32,000 bases of DNA from Escherichia coli. Its GTDB lineage: Bacteria > Pseudomonadota > Gammaproteobacteria > Enterobacterales > Enterobacteriaceae. The notes beneath the pieces are model-generated. The model made no database searches. It was not told the origin of the DNA and saw only the letters and a list, made by a program, of their open reading frames with translations. Every line of letters begins with the position of its first letter. Position 1 is the stretch's first letter. This document shows, piece after piece, positions 1-29,860 of the stretch. Where the stretch lies: assembly GCF_049197925.2 (NCBI RefSeq), contig NZ_CM137833.1. One strand, 5' to 3'. A program made the position numbers and the translations under genes.

Positions 1-378
1 GCCGGGCTTATGGCATCGTTTTACACCCAGGATCCACAGGTTAAACATGTCGTTGTGATTCTGATTTGGCTAAATGCTTTATTTATGCCTATTTGGTCCG
101 CCTCATGGGTGCTACCCGCTGGATTTAAAGGTGCTCGTGATGCCCGTTACGCCATGTGGGTTTCGATGTTGAGCATGTGGGGTTGTCGGGTTGTAGTCGG
201 TTATGTGCTGGGAATCATGCTTGGCTGGGGTGTGGTTGGTGTCTGGATGGGAATGTTTGCCGACTGGGCTGTGCGGGCCGTGCTGTTTTACTGGCGAATG
301 GTTACTGGACGTTGGCTATGGAAATACCCTCGACCCGAGCCGCAAAAGTGTGAAAAAAAGCCAGTTGTGTCGGAATAA
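1..378 (+). CDS. yeeO: MATE-family efflux transporter, C-terminal part (5' end lies outside the window)
   Basis: The frame is open from base 1 to the stop at 376-378. The translation is hydrophobic and TM-rich, ending ...RMVTGRWLWKYPRPEPQKCEKKPVVSE, as I remember for E. coli YeeO. Synteny with asnW/yeeN/amn supports the call. Confidence 0.8.
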   Translation, partial: AGLMASFYTQDPQVKHVVVILIWLNALFMPIWSASWVLPAGFKGARDARYAMWVSMLSMWGCRVVVGYVLGIMLGWGVVGVWMGMFADWAVRAVLFYWRMVTGRWLWKYPRPEPQKCEKKPVVSE

Positions 379-431
379 ACGACAAAATGCAGATTATTTC
401 AGCAAACGATTTCAAATTTAAAAAACAGGCT

Positions 432-460
432 TTGACATTGTGGGTGGGCATCGCTAATAT
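432..460 (+). promoter_or_regulatory. sigma70 promoter of tRNA-Asn (asnW)
   Basis: TTGACA at 432-437, a 17-nt spacer and TAATAT at 455-460, followed by a GC-rich discriminator (tcgcctc) typical of stable-RNA promoters. It lies about 19 nt upstream of the tRNA 5' end. Confidence 0.7.
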
Positions 461-478
461 TCGCCTCGTTCTCACGAT

Positions 479-554
479 TCCTCTGTAGTTCAGTCGGTAG
501 AACGGCGGACTGTTAATCCGTATGTCACTGGTTCGAGTCCAGTCAGAGGAGCCA
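479..554 (+). tRNA. asnW: tRNA-Asn (anticodon GTT)
   Basis: The 76-nt sequence tcctctgtagttcagtcggtagaacggcggactgttaatccgtatgtcactggttcgagtccagtcagaggagcca has a 7-bp acceptor stem (tcctctg/cagagga), a GTT anticodon in the ctGTTaa loop, the T-loop ggttcgagtcc and an encoded CCA. It matches the E. coli tRNA-Asn sequence as I recall it. Confidence 0.97.
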
Positions 555-616
555 AATTTTAGTTTTGAGACATCTCTATGAGTCTCAAAACAGTTAAAAA
601 ATAAAAATTATTTTTA

Positions 617-651
617 CCCGGTTACCTTGTAAAAAAGTGACCGGGTTTTTT
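617..651 (+). terminator. rho-independent terminator downstream of asnW
   Basis: Stem cccggttac / gtgaccggg (one mismatch) followed by a T-run at 646-651. A second hairpin, gttttgagac...gtctcaaaac, lies at about 562-591. Confidence 0.7.
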
Positions 652-966
652 GATTTCTGTGTTTCGTGCGCTTAATCGAGTCTCACGCTTCAGTGAGCAA
701 GTTGCCCCCCAACAGACATCACGATTCGCAAGGTCAAAAACTCTGTTCCATGAAGTACCGTACAAAGATAAAGAGAAAAATGCCTTATGCGGGATGTCGC
801 TATCGCGTCTTTATCGGGAAACTATGCGTTATTGCCACTTTGCCTTCTGTAATCAGAAAAAGAAGAACTGGAATTTTAATAAATATTATTTCTCTGGGGA
901 CGGGGATTTTTTATAATCAATATGACGAGTTGAACATTATATTTTTTATAAGGGTTATATGAGATT

Positions 967-997
967 AAAGAAATCTGCCGTAAAGACAGATTTCTTT
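967..997. terminator. hairpin downstream of yeeN, possible terminator
   Basis: Perfect 11-bp inverted repeat aaagaaatctg (967-977) / cagatttcttt (987-997), about 10 nt beyond the yeeN stop. The flanks are A/T-rich on both sides. Confidence 0.45.
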
Positions 998-1006
998 AAA
1001 ATATAA

Positions 1007-1723
1007 TTAGAGATTTGCGACGTTATGATAAACTTTTTGTACATCGTCGTCATCTTCAAGGGCATCAACAAGCCCTTCAAAGATTTCTAAATCTTCTGGG
1101 GAAAGCTCAACTTCAGATTGAGCAATCATTTCTAATTCTGTTGTTGAGAACTCAGTGATTCCAGCTGCTTTTAGAGCCGCGATTCCTTTATGAAGGTCAG
1201 TAGGTTCGGTATAAATAACAATGTTACCTTCTTCTTCAGTCACATCACGAACATCAACTTCAGCTTCAAGTAAAATTTCAAAAATATGGTCAGGGTCTGA
1301 TCCTTTAAATACAATCACACCCGTATTGTCAAACATATAGCTGACAGAACCTGCCGCTCCGATATTGCCGCCTTTTTTATTGAAAATTGTGCGAACGTTA
1401 GCAATCGTACGGTTAACATTTGAAGTCAATGTCTCGGCGATAATCATTGAGCCATTAGGACCAAAGCCTTCATAACGTCCCTGCACGAACGTTTCATCTC
1501 CGCCGCCTTTGGCTTTATCAATTGCTTTATCAATAACGTGCTTTGGAACTTGTGCCTGCTTTGCACGTTCAATAACGAATTTTAAAGATGTGTTTAATTC
1601 TGGATCGGGTTCACCTTGTTTAGCAGCAGCATAGATTTCTACACCGAATTTTGCATAAATTTTAGACGTTGCACCGTCTTTAGCCGTTTTTTTAGCAACA
1701 ATATTGGCCCATTTACGTCCCAC
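1007..1723 (-). CDS. yeeN: YebC/PmpR-family probable transcriptional regulator
   Basis: 238-aa ORF starting [17 protein letters not shown]..., the typical YebC-family N-terminus, with an acidic C-terminus. It sits next to asnW as in K-12 and is noticeably more AT-rich than its neighbours. Confidence 0.9.
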   Translation of the reverse strand: MGRKWANIVAKKTAKDGATSKIYAKFGVEIYAAAKQGEPDPELNTSLKFVIERAKQAQVPKHVIDKAIDKAKGGGDETFVQGRYEGFGPNGSMIIAETLTSNVNRTIANVRTIFNKKGGNIGAAGSVSYMFDNTGVIVFKGSDPDHIFEILLEAEVDVRDVTEEEGNIVIYTEPTDLHKGIAALKAAGITEFSTTELEMIAQSEVELSPEDLEIFEGLVDALEDDDDVQKVYHNVANL

Positions 1724-2065
1724 TGGAATGATCTCCTCGAAAATTTATTTACATTACTGGTAAATCGTTAACATGTGTTAATTCGGCATATTATATCATA
1801 ACAGGAAAAATCTCGTCTATTAGGAATAAAAATATTCTAAAGCCATAATCTTATATTTAATTTTATAAAAACTTATATTGTTGGCGGGATTTTTTATAAT
1901 TGTGTTTTGAAAGCATACTTGCTTTTAATATGTGGAAATCATTAAGACGATAATAAAACACGTATCCGCCCAAGGAAGCAAACAGCCCACGATTATTGCA
2001 GGCTATTTGCCAGGTCTCTTACTTACTCCTTCACATCTATTTCTGATAAGAAGGTTCAGAACTTA

Positions 2066-3520
2066 TTATCGGAACGGCGGCTCATTAAAGGTTCGTAATT
2101 TACGCGAATGCAGTCGGTCGCCTTCTGCGCGCAGCAAATCGATCGCCCGAATGCCAATTTGCAGATGTTCGGAAATAGCGCCTTCATAAAAACGGTTAGC
2201 CTGGCCGGGAAGTTTAATCTCGCCATGCAACGGTTTATCTGAAACACACAGTAGTGTCCCGTATGGCACGCGGAAACGATATCCTTGCGCGGCAATGGTT
2301 GCACTTTCCATATCAATTGCTACGGCCCGGCTTAAGTTAAAACGAAGTGCAGAAGCTGAGTAACGTAATTCCCAGTTCCTGTCATCTGTGGTTACCACAG
2401 TACCAGTACGTAGCCGCTGTTTGACTTCCTCACCGGGCCTGCCGCTCACCAGCTTGGTGGCGTCATAAAGCGCACGTTGCACTTCAGCAATGCTCGGAAT
2501 AGGAATATCGGGCGGCAGAACCGCATCAAGAACGTGGTCATCGCGTAAATAAGCGTGTGCAAGTACATAATCGCCAATGGCCTGACTTTCACGTAATCCG
2601 CCACAGTGACCAATCATCAACCAGACATCCGGGCGTAGCACTGCCAGATGATCGCAGATGGTTTTAGCATTTGACGGTCCCACGCCAATATTCACCAGAG
2701 TAATACCCTGACCATTGGCGGTAATTAAATGCCATGCTGGCATCTGATGTTTTTTCCATGCAAGGTCGGAAATGGCTTCTTCTGGCGCTTCGGTTTCGGC
2801 GGTGATCCAGTTCCCGCCAGCACAAGAAAGGGCAATGTAGGGACTATCAGGATCGAGGATCTGGCTGCATCCCCAACGAACGAATTCATCCACATAACGT
2901 GTGTAGTTGGTAAACAAGACGAACGGCTGAAAATGTTCAACTGGCGTACCGGTATAATGGCGCAACCGCGCGAGGGAAAAATCGACGCGGCGCGCATCAA
3001 AATGCGATAGCGGGGAGAATTCAGTTGGATGATAAATGCCGTCTGCAGTTTCATCGCCAATTTGCGCCAGTTCTGTTGTCGGGAAGTAGCGAGTTAACCC
3101 AGCGCTCATTGAGCGATCAAGTGTCAATTCAGAGCCATCGATGACATAAGGATAGGGGATTTCATGCTGCGAGGGTTGCACCGAGATATGCGCACCATAA
3201 TCCTGATACAGCAACGTAAGTTGTTCATTGAGATACGAACGAAAGAGAGTAGGGCGAGTAATCGTGGTGGTGTAGCTGCCTGCGTGAGTAAAACGACCAA
3301 ATGCGCGCGTTTTGGGGGGATTGGTTGTGCTACCGTCCCAGGTTACGGTCAGTGATGGATAGACAAAAAGACCTTGTTTGCGGGCGTTTTCATCAGGTAA
3401 TTCGCCACTTGTAATATAGTTGCCAATGGCGTTGCGTAATGCGACTACAGATTGCTCATACAGCGCGTCGAGTTTATCCAGTGCCTGAGCTGGGGTCAGA
3501 CCGGAGCCCTTATTATTCAT
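2066..3520 (-). CDS. amn: AMP nucleosidase
   Basis: The ORF track gives 2066-3676. I place the start at the internal ATG at 3518-3520 (MNNKGSGLTPAQALDKL...), which is preceded by GGAGAC (complement of gtctcc at 3525-3530). This gives 484 aa, the length and N-terminus I recall for Amn. The C-terminal half has a PNP/UDP-phosphorylase-like fold motif (MESATIAAQGYRFRVPYG). Confidence 0.9.
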   Translation of the reverse strand: MNNKGSGLTPAQALDKLDALYEQSVVALRNAIGNYITSGELPDENARKQGLFVYPSLTVTWDGSTTNPPKTRAFGRFTHAGSYTTTITRPTLFRSYLNEQLTLLYQDYGAHISVQPSQHEIPYPYVIDGSELTLDRSMSAGLTRYFPTTELAQIGDETADGIYHPTEFSPLSHFDARRVDFSLARLRHYTGTPVEHFQPFVLFTNYTRYVDEFVRWGCSQILDPDSPYIALSCAGGNWITAETEAPEEAISDLAWKKHQMPAWHLITANGQGITLVNIGVGPSNAKTICDHLAVLRPDVWLMIGHCGGLRESQAIGDYVLAHAYLRDDHVLDAVLPPDIPIPSIAEVQRALYDATKLVSGRPGEEVKQRLRTGTVVTTDDRNWELRYSASALRFNLSRAVAIDMESATIAAQGYRFRVPYGTLLCVSDKPLHGEIKLPGQANRFYEGAISEHLQIGIRAIDLLRAEGDRLHSRKLRTFNEPPFR

Positions 3521-3621
3521 GTGTGTCTCCTGTTCCATACAATTACCGCACATCCGATAGTATGTCACAGGAATGTGAAACAAAAGTGTAAGGCGAAGAT
3601 CGGATGATCTTCGCCAGGCTA

Positions 3622-4938
3622 TCAAGCGCGGTGATTGTCTTTCATCAACAAAGCGGTCATTGCGGAAATCAGACATCCAGCCAGCAAATAAATGGCGACG
3701 CTATGCCAGTTCCCGGCAAAGTAAGTGATGAGCGCAGCGGCAATAAAAGGTGTAAATCCACCGCCAACCACACTGGCGACCTGATAACCGACTCCAGCAC
3801 CACTATAGCGATAACTGGCACCAAACATTTCGGTAAACATCGGTTGTTGCACACACACCACCATGTCATGCGCAATGTTTGCCAGCATTATGGAGAAGAA
3901 AACTATCCAGAAAATAGATTGTGCTTCAAGCGCCATAAAGAAAGGAAATGCGCTCAACGTTCCGATTAACGCACCTGTGATATAAACCCTGCGGCGACCA
4001 AAACGATCGGCAAGCCAGGCAAAACAGGGAATTGTCAGGCAGCTTAATCCACCTACCAGCAAACCAATATTGAGGAAAAGTTCGCGCGGTAACCCCATAT
4101 TCTGGGTTGAATAATTAAGTGCAAAGGCAGTAACGATGTACATCGTCAGCAATTCGCACAGTCGTAGCGCAATAATCTTCAGGAAAGCACCGGGATGTCG
4201 TAACAGCGCTTCGATAACCGGGATGCGTTTTTTCGCGGCAGCTTGATAATGTTGCTGTTGTTCAAATTCCGCGGACTCCTCCATGCCATTGCGCACCCAC
4301 AATGCTCCCAGTACCAGTACGATGCTAAACAGGAAAGGAATGCGCCAGCCCCAGCTTAAAAACTGTTCGTCAGTCGTCATCATACTGATCAATGAAACCA
4401 GTCCGGTTGAAAGCAGTAAACCTACACCGTAGCCAACTTGTACACCGCTACTGTAAAAGGCTTTTTTATTTTTCGGTGCACTTTCAACGGAAAGCAACGC
4501 CGCGCCTCCCCATTCGCCGCCGACGGCAAATCCCTGAATGGCACGCAGTGTCACCAGCAAAATAGGTGCCCACCACCCAATGGTCGAGAATGAAGGAAGA
4601 ATACCAATCAAGGCTGTCGCGATGCCCATCATCCAGACGGTCAGCATTAACATGCGCTTACGTCCCAGCCGGTCGCCAAAGTGACCGAAAATGACACCGC
4701 CGAGCGGACGGAAAAGGAATCCGACGCCAAAGGTGGCAAATGCGGCGAGCGTTCCCATCGCCGGGCTTACTTGCGGGAAAAACTCGCGATTAAACACCAG
4801 TGCGGCGGTGATGCCATAGAGTAAAAAATCATACCAGTCGACGACGGCACCAGCGAAGCTGCCTAACGCAGCTCGTCGGGCGCGACTTAACGAAACCGTC
4901 CTTTCATCGGGACGAGTGGAGATGAGCGTGGAGTCCAT
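3622..4938 (-). CDS. shiA: MFS shikimate:H+ symporter
   Basis: 438-aa, 12-TM-type protein with the MFS sugar-transporter signature GHFGDRLGRKRML. Its position between amn and yeeL matches K-12. Confidence 0.9.
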   Translation of the reverse strand: MDSTLISTRPDERTVSLSRARRAALGSFAGAVVDWYDFLLYGITAALVFNREFFPQVSPAMGTLAAFATFGVGFLFRPLGGVIFGHFGDRLGRKRMLMLTVWMMGIATALIGILPSFSTIGWWAPILLVTLRAIQGFAVGGEWGGAALLSVESAPKNKKAFYSSGVQVGYGVGLLLSTGLVSLISMMTTDEQFLSWGWRIPFLFSIVLVLGALWVRNGMEESAEFEQQQHYQAAAKKRIPVIEALLRHPGAFLKIIALRLCELLTMYIVTAFALNYSTQNMGLPRELFLNIGLLVGGLSCLTIPCFAWLADRFGRRRVYITGALIGTLSAFPFFMALEAQSIFWIVFFSIMLANIAHDMVVCVQQPMFTEMFGASYRYSGAGVGYQVASVVGGGFTPFIAAALITYFAGNWHSVAIYLLAGCLISAMTALLMKDNHRA

Positions 4939-5252
4939 AATGATCCTGTTTGTACTGTCTTTTTATAATTAGTATGGAAAAGGTAACTCACATTGCCGTC
5001 GATCTATAAACGAACCTTATGAGACTACCTCGACAGAGCGCATCTGCAAATGATTTTATGGCTGATTAGCGGCAACATGAAAAATTCGATGGAAGATGAA
5101 AGCGCAGGAGTTGCTGGTGTTGTTTAAGGATTAAGCAGAGGACCCACAGGTTAGAGATATGAAACATAAAAGTCCGCATATGCACAAAATGGCACCCTGA
5201 TGAGTCTGATAGACTGCATTGCATTATAACCAGTAGGGAGGCGAGGTTAGGT

Positions 5253-6305
5253 ATGTTTTTAGTATCATTGTTGAGACGTATTGCATTTAGTTACTACGAT
5301 TATAAAGCTTATAATTTCAATATTGAAAAAACAGACTTTGTTGTCATCCATATTCCCGATCAGATTGGCGATGCTATGGCCATCTTTCCTGTTATTCGGG
5401 CGCTTGAATTGCATAAAATTAAGCATCTATTAATTGTTACGTCGACAATTAATTTAGAAGTCTTTAATGTGCTCAAACTTGAACAGACTAAATTAACATT
5501 AGTCACAATGACTATGCAGGATCACGCAACATTAAAAGAAATAAAAGATTTAGCGAAGAACATAACACAGCAATACGGTACGCCGGATCTTTGTATAGAG
5601 GCGATGCGTAAAAAGAACCTGAAAACGATGTTATTTATCAGTCAGTTGAAAGCAAAAACGAATTTTCAGGTTGTTGGTTTAACCATGAAGTGCTATTCCC
5701 CTGTGTGTAAGAACGCGTCCCGGATGGATCAGAATCTCCGGGCTCCCGTACCCATGACATGGGCATTTATGATTCGTGAGGCGGGTTTTCCAGCAGTCAG
5801 GCCAATATATGAATTGCCACTAAGTGAGGATGTACTCGATGAGGTGCGCGAGGAAATGCGATCGTTAGGATCTTACATTGCGCTTAATTTAGAAGGTAGC
5901 TCGCAGGAACGTACATTTTCACTATCGATTGCAGAAAATCTAATAGCAAAAATTCAAAGTGAAACAGATATACCAATAGTGATCGCTCATGGACCAAAAG
6001 GGGAAGATAAAGCCAGGGTATTAGTGGATTGTTATAATAATGTCTACCGTTTATCCTTATCACCCTCGATTAAACGTTCAGCAGCAATCATAAAAGATGC
6101 TTATATCGCAATAACTCATGACACTTCAATATTACATATGGCAAGTGCCTATAATACCCCCGTTGTTGCAATTTATGCTGATTACAAAACGCGATGGCCC
6201 GCAATGGCCGATGTTTCGGAGTCAGTCGTCGTTGGGCAAAAAATTGACAATATAAGTCTGGATGAATTCGCAAAGGCATTAAAAAGTGTTTTGGCGAGAA
6301 TATGA
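5253..6305 (+). CDS. yeeL: glycosyltransferase family 9 (heptosyltransferase-like) protein, apparently intact
   Basis: Uninterrupted 350-aa ORF with GGAGG about 12 nt upstream. Its position next to yeeJ corresponds to yeeL, which I recall as a split pseudogene in K-12. AT-rich codon usage. Confidence 0.7.
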   Translation: MFLVSLLRRIAFSYYDYKAYNFNIEKTDFVVIHIPDQIGDAMAIFPVIRALELHKIKHLLIVTSTINLEVFNVLKLEQTKLTLVTMTMQDHATLKEIKDLAKNITQQYGTPDLCIEAMRKKNLKTMLFISQLKAKTNFQVVGLTMKCYSPVCKNASRMDQNLRAPVPMTWAFMIREAGFPAVRPIYELPLSEDVLDEVREEMRSLGSYIALNLEGSSQERTFSLSIAENLIAKIQSETDIPIVIAHGPKGEDKARVLVDCYNNVYRLSLSPSIKRSAAIIKDAYIAITHDTSILHMASAYNTPVVAIYADYKTRWPAMADVSESVVVGQKIDNISLDEFAKALKSVLARI

Positions 6306-6520
6306 GACAGTACTTATGCATAGTAATGCCGATCTGTTATGAACGGTGGTGTCATCAATACTCTGAGGCTGGTCAATCATCACAGAAAACCAGCCTTTGG
6401 ATCAAAGCTGTACTCACCGGATACGATCATAGTCACATCGAACGCGATTCTTGCGGTGCAGCAGTTTTATTTATTCATTTTCTGTGAGAGAAGGGCAAGC
6501 TCTATAGAGGGAATGTAAAA

Positions 6521-6546
6521 AAGAGTGCTCCGAATGGAGCACTCTT
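6521..6546. terminator. bidirectional rho-independent terminator between convergent yeeL and yeeJ
   Basis: aagagtgctcc (6521-6531), loop gaat, ggagcactctt (6536-6546). An A-run lies upstream and Ts downstream, so it could work on either strand. Confidence 0.75.
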
Positions 6547-6566
6547 TAAGAAATTATAACGGAAAA

Positions 6567-16842
<10,276 letters not shown>

Positions 16843-16853
16843 TATTATGTTAT

Positions 16854-16876
16854 GGCGTCTTTCGGGACGCCTTTTT
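16854..16876 (+). terminator. rho-independent terminator after the major coat gene
   Basis: ggcgtc (16854-16859), loop tttcgg, gacgcc (16866-16871), then ttttt (16872-16876). Confidence 0.8.
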
Positions 16877-16878
16877 AG

Positions 16879-21082
<4,204 letters not shown>

Positions 21083-21120
21083 CAGGGGCTATTGATGATG
21101 TTGTCTGCACGTGATGAGTT

Positions 21121-21300
<180 letters not shown>

Positions 21301-21319
21301 GAGACGAGCGACGCAAGGC

Positions 21320-22300
<981 letters not shown>

Positions 22301-22316
22301 GCCTGACAGGTTTATC

Positions 22317-23684
<1,368 letters not shown>

Positions 23685-23712
23685 TTCTCACAAATATAAC
23701 CAGCAAAATAAA

Positions 23713-23741
23713 AGCCAGTTAACTTATAGCTGGCTGTTTTA
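23713..23741. terminator. bidirectional terminator between the secretin gene and the convergent small gene
   Basis: agccag (23713-23718) / ctggct (23730-23735), followed by gtttt and preceded by aaaataaa. Confidence 0.55.
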
Positions 23742-23752
23742 TTATTGAATTT

Positions 23753-26266
<2,514 letters not shown>

Positions 26267-26454
26267 GCTTACCTTCCCTGAACGAGCTAACATAAATGCG
26301 CCCTTTCTAGCACAGCGAAAAAATGTAAATCCTGATAGCAATATGATTGAAAATTAATAACTTTTCGTTAGGCAGTTTTGGGTGTGAGTTGCAAGAGGGG
26401 AGACTACTGAATTACTCAAGTTTTATAATCGAGGGGAAAATGGTGATGACGCCA

Positions 26455-26489
26455 TAGCAAAACGCCCTCAACCATAAAGTTCGAGGGCG
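26455..26489 (-). terminator. rho-independent terminator downstream of asnT
   Basis: cgccctc (26463-26469) / gagggcg (26483-26489). On the minus strand it is followed by a short T-run (gtttt, complement of the aaaa at 26459-26462). Confidence 0.6.
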
Positions 26490-26577
26490 CTTAAGATGTT
26501 AAAAACCCGCTATCCGTTAAAAAACAATGTTCAACTAAGGTTAGCGACATTGCACTAAGAAGCGAATTTTTAGAATT

Positions 26578-26653
26578 TGGCTCCTCTGACTGGACTCGAA
26601 CCAGTGACATACGGATTAACAGTCCGCCGTTCTACCGACTGAACTACAGAGGA
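26578..26653 (-). tRNA. asnT: tRNA-Asn (anticodon GTT)
   Basis: Exact reverse complement of the 76-nt tRNA-Asn found at 479-554. It lies between yeeJ and mtfA as in K-12. Confidence 0.97.
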
Positions 26654-26671
26654 ATCGTGTGAACGGGGCGC

Positions 26672-26700
26672 ATATTACTTAGCGGTACCTTGTCTGTCAA
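26672..26700 (-). promoter_or_regulatory. sigma70 promoter of asnT
   Basis: On the minus strand: TTGACA (26695-26700), a 17-nt spacer, TAATAT (26672-26677), then the GC-rich discriminator gcgcccc. Confidence 0.7.
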
Positions 26701-26753
26701 CACTAAATTTCATAAGTCATTTCAATTGGTTAATTAATCTGCAAAGTTGTTAA

Positions 26754-27551
26754 TTAATGAACATTCGTCGCCGAAAACGAGTCTGTATTATTAGCGTGAT
26801 GCAGTCTCTGCAAAGGATCTTGTTGATAAAATTGGCAGAAACGTTGCCACAATGAAGGGAAACGAGGAGCAAAAAGTTCTGGGGCGCTAAAGAAATATTC
26901 AGAAAGTACGGCAAAACATTCAGCAGGATCACTGGCAGCATAAGCATCAATGCTCGCCGCATTCTCGCCAACCAATTCGATTTCTTCCTGAATGTTGTTC
27001 ATTGCAGCATGAAGATCGTGTTCCCAGCCAGCAACCTCACGCAACGGAATAAAGGGAACTCCGCTGGCGCGATCGCCGTTACGGGTGTCCAGCTTATGAG
27101 CGACTTCATGAATAATCAGGTTAAAACCAGAAGCATCAAAAGAATCTTGTATATCCAACCAGTTCAAAACGATAGGCCCTTGCTGCCAGCTCTGACCTGA
27201 CTGAACAATACGTTGGTTATGCACCAGACCGATATCGTCTTCCCATTCATCATCGACCACAAATGGCGCAGGATAAATTAAGACTTCATGAAAACCATCC
27301 AGCCATTCCAGTCCTAACTCCAGAACGGGTAGGCAAAATAGAAGTGCTATCCGGCAGCTTCTTAATGAATCCAGTTCAAAGCCCTGTAAAGGAACAAGCC
27401 GCTTTTGCTGTAAAAAACGTTCGGCAAGAGTGACTAATTTGCTTTGTTCCTGTTCCGTCAGACCCGTTAAAAGGGGGATCGATAGTGCTTCCTGCCAGGG
27501 AAGGGCAGTTTGATATGCTGATTCTTGTACTTTCCAGGGCCACTTAATCAT
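26754..27551 (-). CDS. mtfA: Mlc-titration factor / zinc aminopeptidase MtfA
   Basis: I place the start at ATG 27549-27551 ([20 protein letters not shown]...), giving 265 aa. It contains the zinc motif HEVAH and sits between asnT and serU. Confidence 0.9.
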   Translation of the reverse strand: MIKWPWKVQESAYQTALPWQEALSIPLLTGLTEQEQSKLVTLAERFLQQKRLVPLQGFELDSLRSCRIALLFCLPVLELGLEWLDGFHEVLIYPAPFVVDDEWEDDIGLVHNQRIVQSGQSWQQGPIVLNWLDIQDSFDASGFNLIIHEVAHKLDTRNGDRASGVPFIPLREVAGWEHDLHAAMNNIQEEIELVGENAASIDAYAASDPAECFAVLSEYFFSAPELFAPRFPSLWQRFCQFYQQDPLQRLHHANNTDSFSATNVH

Positions 27552-27644
27552 CGTTTTGCTCGCAAACTCGTCACTTGAACAAAATTGCACGGACAGGGAC
27601 TGTTAAAATGCCAAATTTCCTGGCATCATGGCAACCATCTGAAC

Positions 27645-27734
27645 GGAGAGATGCCGGAGCGGCTGAACGGACCGGTCTCGAAAACCGGAGTAGGGGCAAC
27701 TCTACCGGGGGTTCAAATCCCCCTCTCTCCGCCA
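27645..27734 (+). tRNA. serU: tRNA-Ser (anticodon CGA)
   Basis: 90-nt ggagagatgccggagcggctgaacggaccggtctCGAaaaccggagtaggggcaactctaccgggggttcaaatccccctctctccgcca. It has a long variable arm, a CGA anticodon at 27679-27681 and an encoded CCA. Confidence 0.95.
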
Positions 27735-28303
27735 CTTTATCAATGACTTATCTCCCGACTTCCCGCCTTGCTTTTCCTAAACAGAACAATCGTAGAATAT
27801 TCTTGAAGGGTTAGATCGTCACTGTTTTCTGTTCGATACTGTGACATTCAGCACTTGATTCGCTATGGATCTGACAGGAAGCTTTCGAGCGAAAATGTGC
27901 AGTTATTCAGTCGTTTTCTTATCGCTCACCATTATTCTTTTAGACATTCATCCTATGAAACTGCCGCAAAGTTGGTGGTGGGAACTGAAGTTGCGTAGAG
28001 AAGGGGTCAATAATTGAGTCAAAAAAGGAACGCGGCCGTCAGATTAAAGCCGCGGGACAAAGTCCATAATTTCCAAGAGTTGTTGAATTTCGCAGCTTTT
28101 TTGAAAGCCTTTGTATCATACTAACAAGTAAAAAAGGTTTAAATACCAAAATTAACCTGTATTTTTGATAAGTCTTACCATTGTACGATTTACACAGTTT
28201 CTGCTCCTCCTTGTTGATAGTGGAAAGGGTGCATTGTGCACTTGCGTAAACATTTATGACGCGTTGATGTCCATGGTTCACATTTCCTTGTAAGGGGATC
28301 GAC

Positions 28304-28834
28304 TTATTTGCGGCGAGGCATCATTCGTAACAGAGTATTATCTTTCTGAATGTAGTGATGAAAGAGTGCTGCGCCAGCGTGAGCTGCGATTAAAAAGTAG
28401 CCTATATTTGCCCAGGTTTCGTGAATATTTTTTATCAGTGCTTTAATTTCGCTGTTTGGGGTAACAAAGGGAGACACATTGAAACCAAGGAAACTCCACG
28501 ATTTTCCACTGTAAGCCATCAAAGCAATCCCCAGCAGAGGAAGTGCAAGGAAGGTTATATAAAGCATGATGTGCATTAGCGAAGCCGCTTTCATTTGCCA
28601 GGCAGGTGGCGGTGGCACAATAGAAGGATCACTATAACGGTGTTTTATAATCAGGCGTGAAAACATTAACACCCAAACGAATATACCCGCATTGTAATGT
28701 GTTTCTCGCATCAGCAGATAAGTACTACTACCTTTAGGAAACCAGCCACGGAGTTCCATCGCGGCATAGGTTATTGCAACGAAAAGCAGCGTTATCCAAT
28801 GTAAATAAATTTGAGTTTTTGAGAATCGGTTCAT
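28304..28834 (-). CDS. yodB: cytochrome b561-family membrane protein
   Basis: I place the start at ATG 28832-28834 (MNRFSKTQIYLHWITLL...), preceded by AGGAG (complement of ctcct at 28843-28847). 176 aa, 4-TM, with conserved His residues (LHW..., HYNAG, HxxAALFHH). Confidence 0.85.
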   Translation of the reverse strand: MNRFSKTQIYLHWITLLFVAITYAAMELRGWFPKGSSTYLLMRETHYNAGIFVWVLMFSRLIIKHRYSDPSIVPPPPAWQMKAASLMHIMLYITFLALPLLGIALMAYSGKSWSFLGFNVSPFVTPNSEIKALIKNIHETWANIGYFLIAAHAGAALFHHYIQKDNTLLRMMPRRK

Positions 28835-29176
28835 TTTTGTAGCTCCTGTGATTTTCACAGTCAAGCTATCCCACGAACCTTAAAAATTCCTTATACAGAT
28901 GTGGTTTTAATAATTTGTTATTTAAAAAATTGATAGTGCATATTGTAACCAGCCAATATAAGCAATGGCGTGAGCACAGGTATCTTTCTCTGTTGGCCGT
29001 ATTGTGTATGGAATCCGTTATTGGTTAACTCAATGCGGGTTAGCTTATTAATATACAGACACGTCATAGTGATAAGCGTGTCTGTAGCTAGCTTGCGTTC
29101 AGTGGCGTTTGTGGATGGACCAGTGGCAGTTATGATAACTTACTAAAGCGGCATCGAGGCGTTATCATGAGAATAC

Positions 29177-29827
29177 TCAATGAGACATCATTTCCTCGAC
29201 CACTTCTTCGCTACTCAACTGATATGGATAATACGTTGGCCAGTTTTCCATTTCATTTAATAAAGATTGCTGTGAATCATTACCCATAAAAATGTGAAAA
29301 TGAGATGATTTTCGTGGTGCAATTATATGATCGCTAAATTGTATATATTTAGGGGCTTTGCTTTCAGGATCTTTACATTCGAATAAGTAACGAACGCCTT
29401 TCTTGCCTGATTTATAGGTGAGTATTTTGTATCCATCGTAATCATATTTACACGATGTTGTTTCATTATTTCTATGGAATTCAACAATGCCGTCCTCAAT
29501 GCCAATCATCTCGATATCTGTTGCATAACCTTTGTGATAATAATCTTTAATTTCAGCAAATGTTTTAGTTTTATCTGCATCCGCTTTCTTCTGAAAGACG
29601 GGGTCAAGTTTGCCACTTTGCAGTAAAGGATAAACGGATTGCCAGACTCCATCCCAGTCACTGAGCGTTCGGTTTTGTACATTGGCATCATCAAAAACAC
29701 CATTAGCAGCTTTTTGTTCGACCTCTGTTAAGGGTTTGCCGTGTGAGTGATGACCAAGCGAAAAGGCAGGAGCGCTAACAATAAAGACACCTAAAGCAAC
29801 AGCCAGTTTGTAAAGACGAATCGCCAA
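29177..29827 (-). CDS. zinT: periplasmic zinc/cadmium-binding protein ZinT
   Basis: 216 aa. Signal peptide ...SAPAFS|LG, His-rich N-terminus [11 protein letters not shown], and a lipocalin-like body, as I recall for YodA/ZinT. Confidence 0.9.
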   Translation of the reverse strand: MAIRLYKLAVALGVFIVSAPAFSLGHHSHGKPLTEVEQKAANGVFDDANVQNRTLSDWDGVWQSVYPLLQSGKLDPVFQKKADADKTKTFAEIKDYYHKGYATDIEMIGIEDGIVEFHRNNETTSCKYDYDGYKILTYKSGKKGVRYLFECKDPESKAPKYIQFSDHIIAPRKSSHFHIFMGNDSQQSLLNEMENWPTYYPYQLSSEEVVEEMMSH

Positions 29828-29860
29828 AACAGTTTCCTCCAGAGTTAATGTATATGATGT

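Noticed and set aside
650-962. Two overlapping ORFs of about 90 aa in the AT-rich spacer between asnW and yeeN.
   Set aside because: They overlap each other in different frames, are low-complexity and K/R/I-rich, and lack an RBS. They are probably non-coding AT-rich DNA.
3521-3676. A 52-codon N-terminal extension of amn in the ORF track, overlapping the shiA 3' end.
   Set aside because: The internal ATG at 3520 has an RBS and gives the known 484-aa Amn N-terminus. The extension is Cys/Arg-rich and would overlap shiA.
6302-6487. A 61-aa ORF just after yeeL.
   Set aside because: It has no RBS or motif and lies in the convergent intergenic region upstream of the shared terminator.
28039-28281. 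An 80-aa minus-strand ORF between serU and yodB, and the hairpin cgcggc...gccgcg at about 28031-28056.
   Set aside because: The ORF has no RBS, odd composition and no motif. serU is a known island attachment site, so I looked for an integrase remnant but saw none. I treat the region as intergenic.
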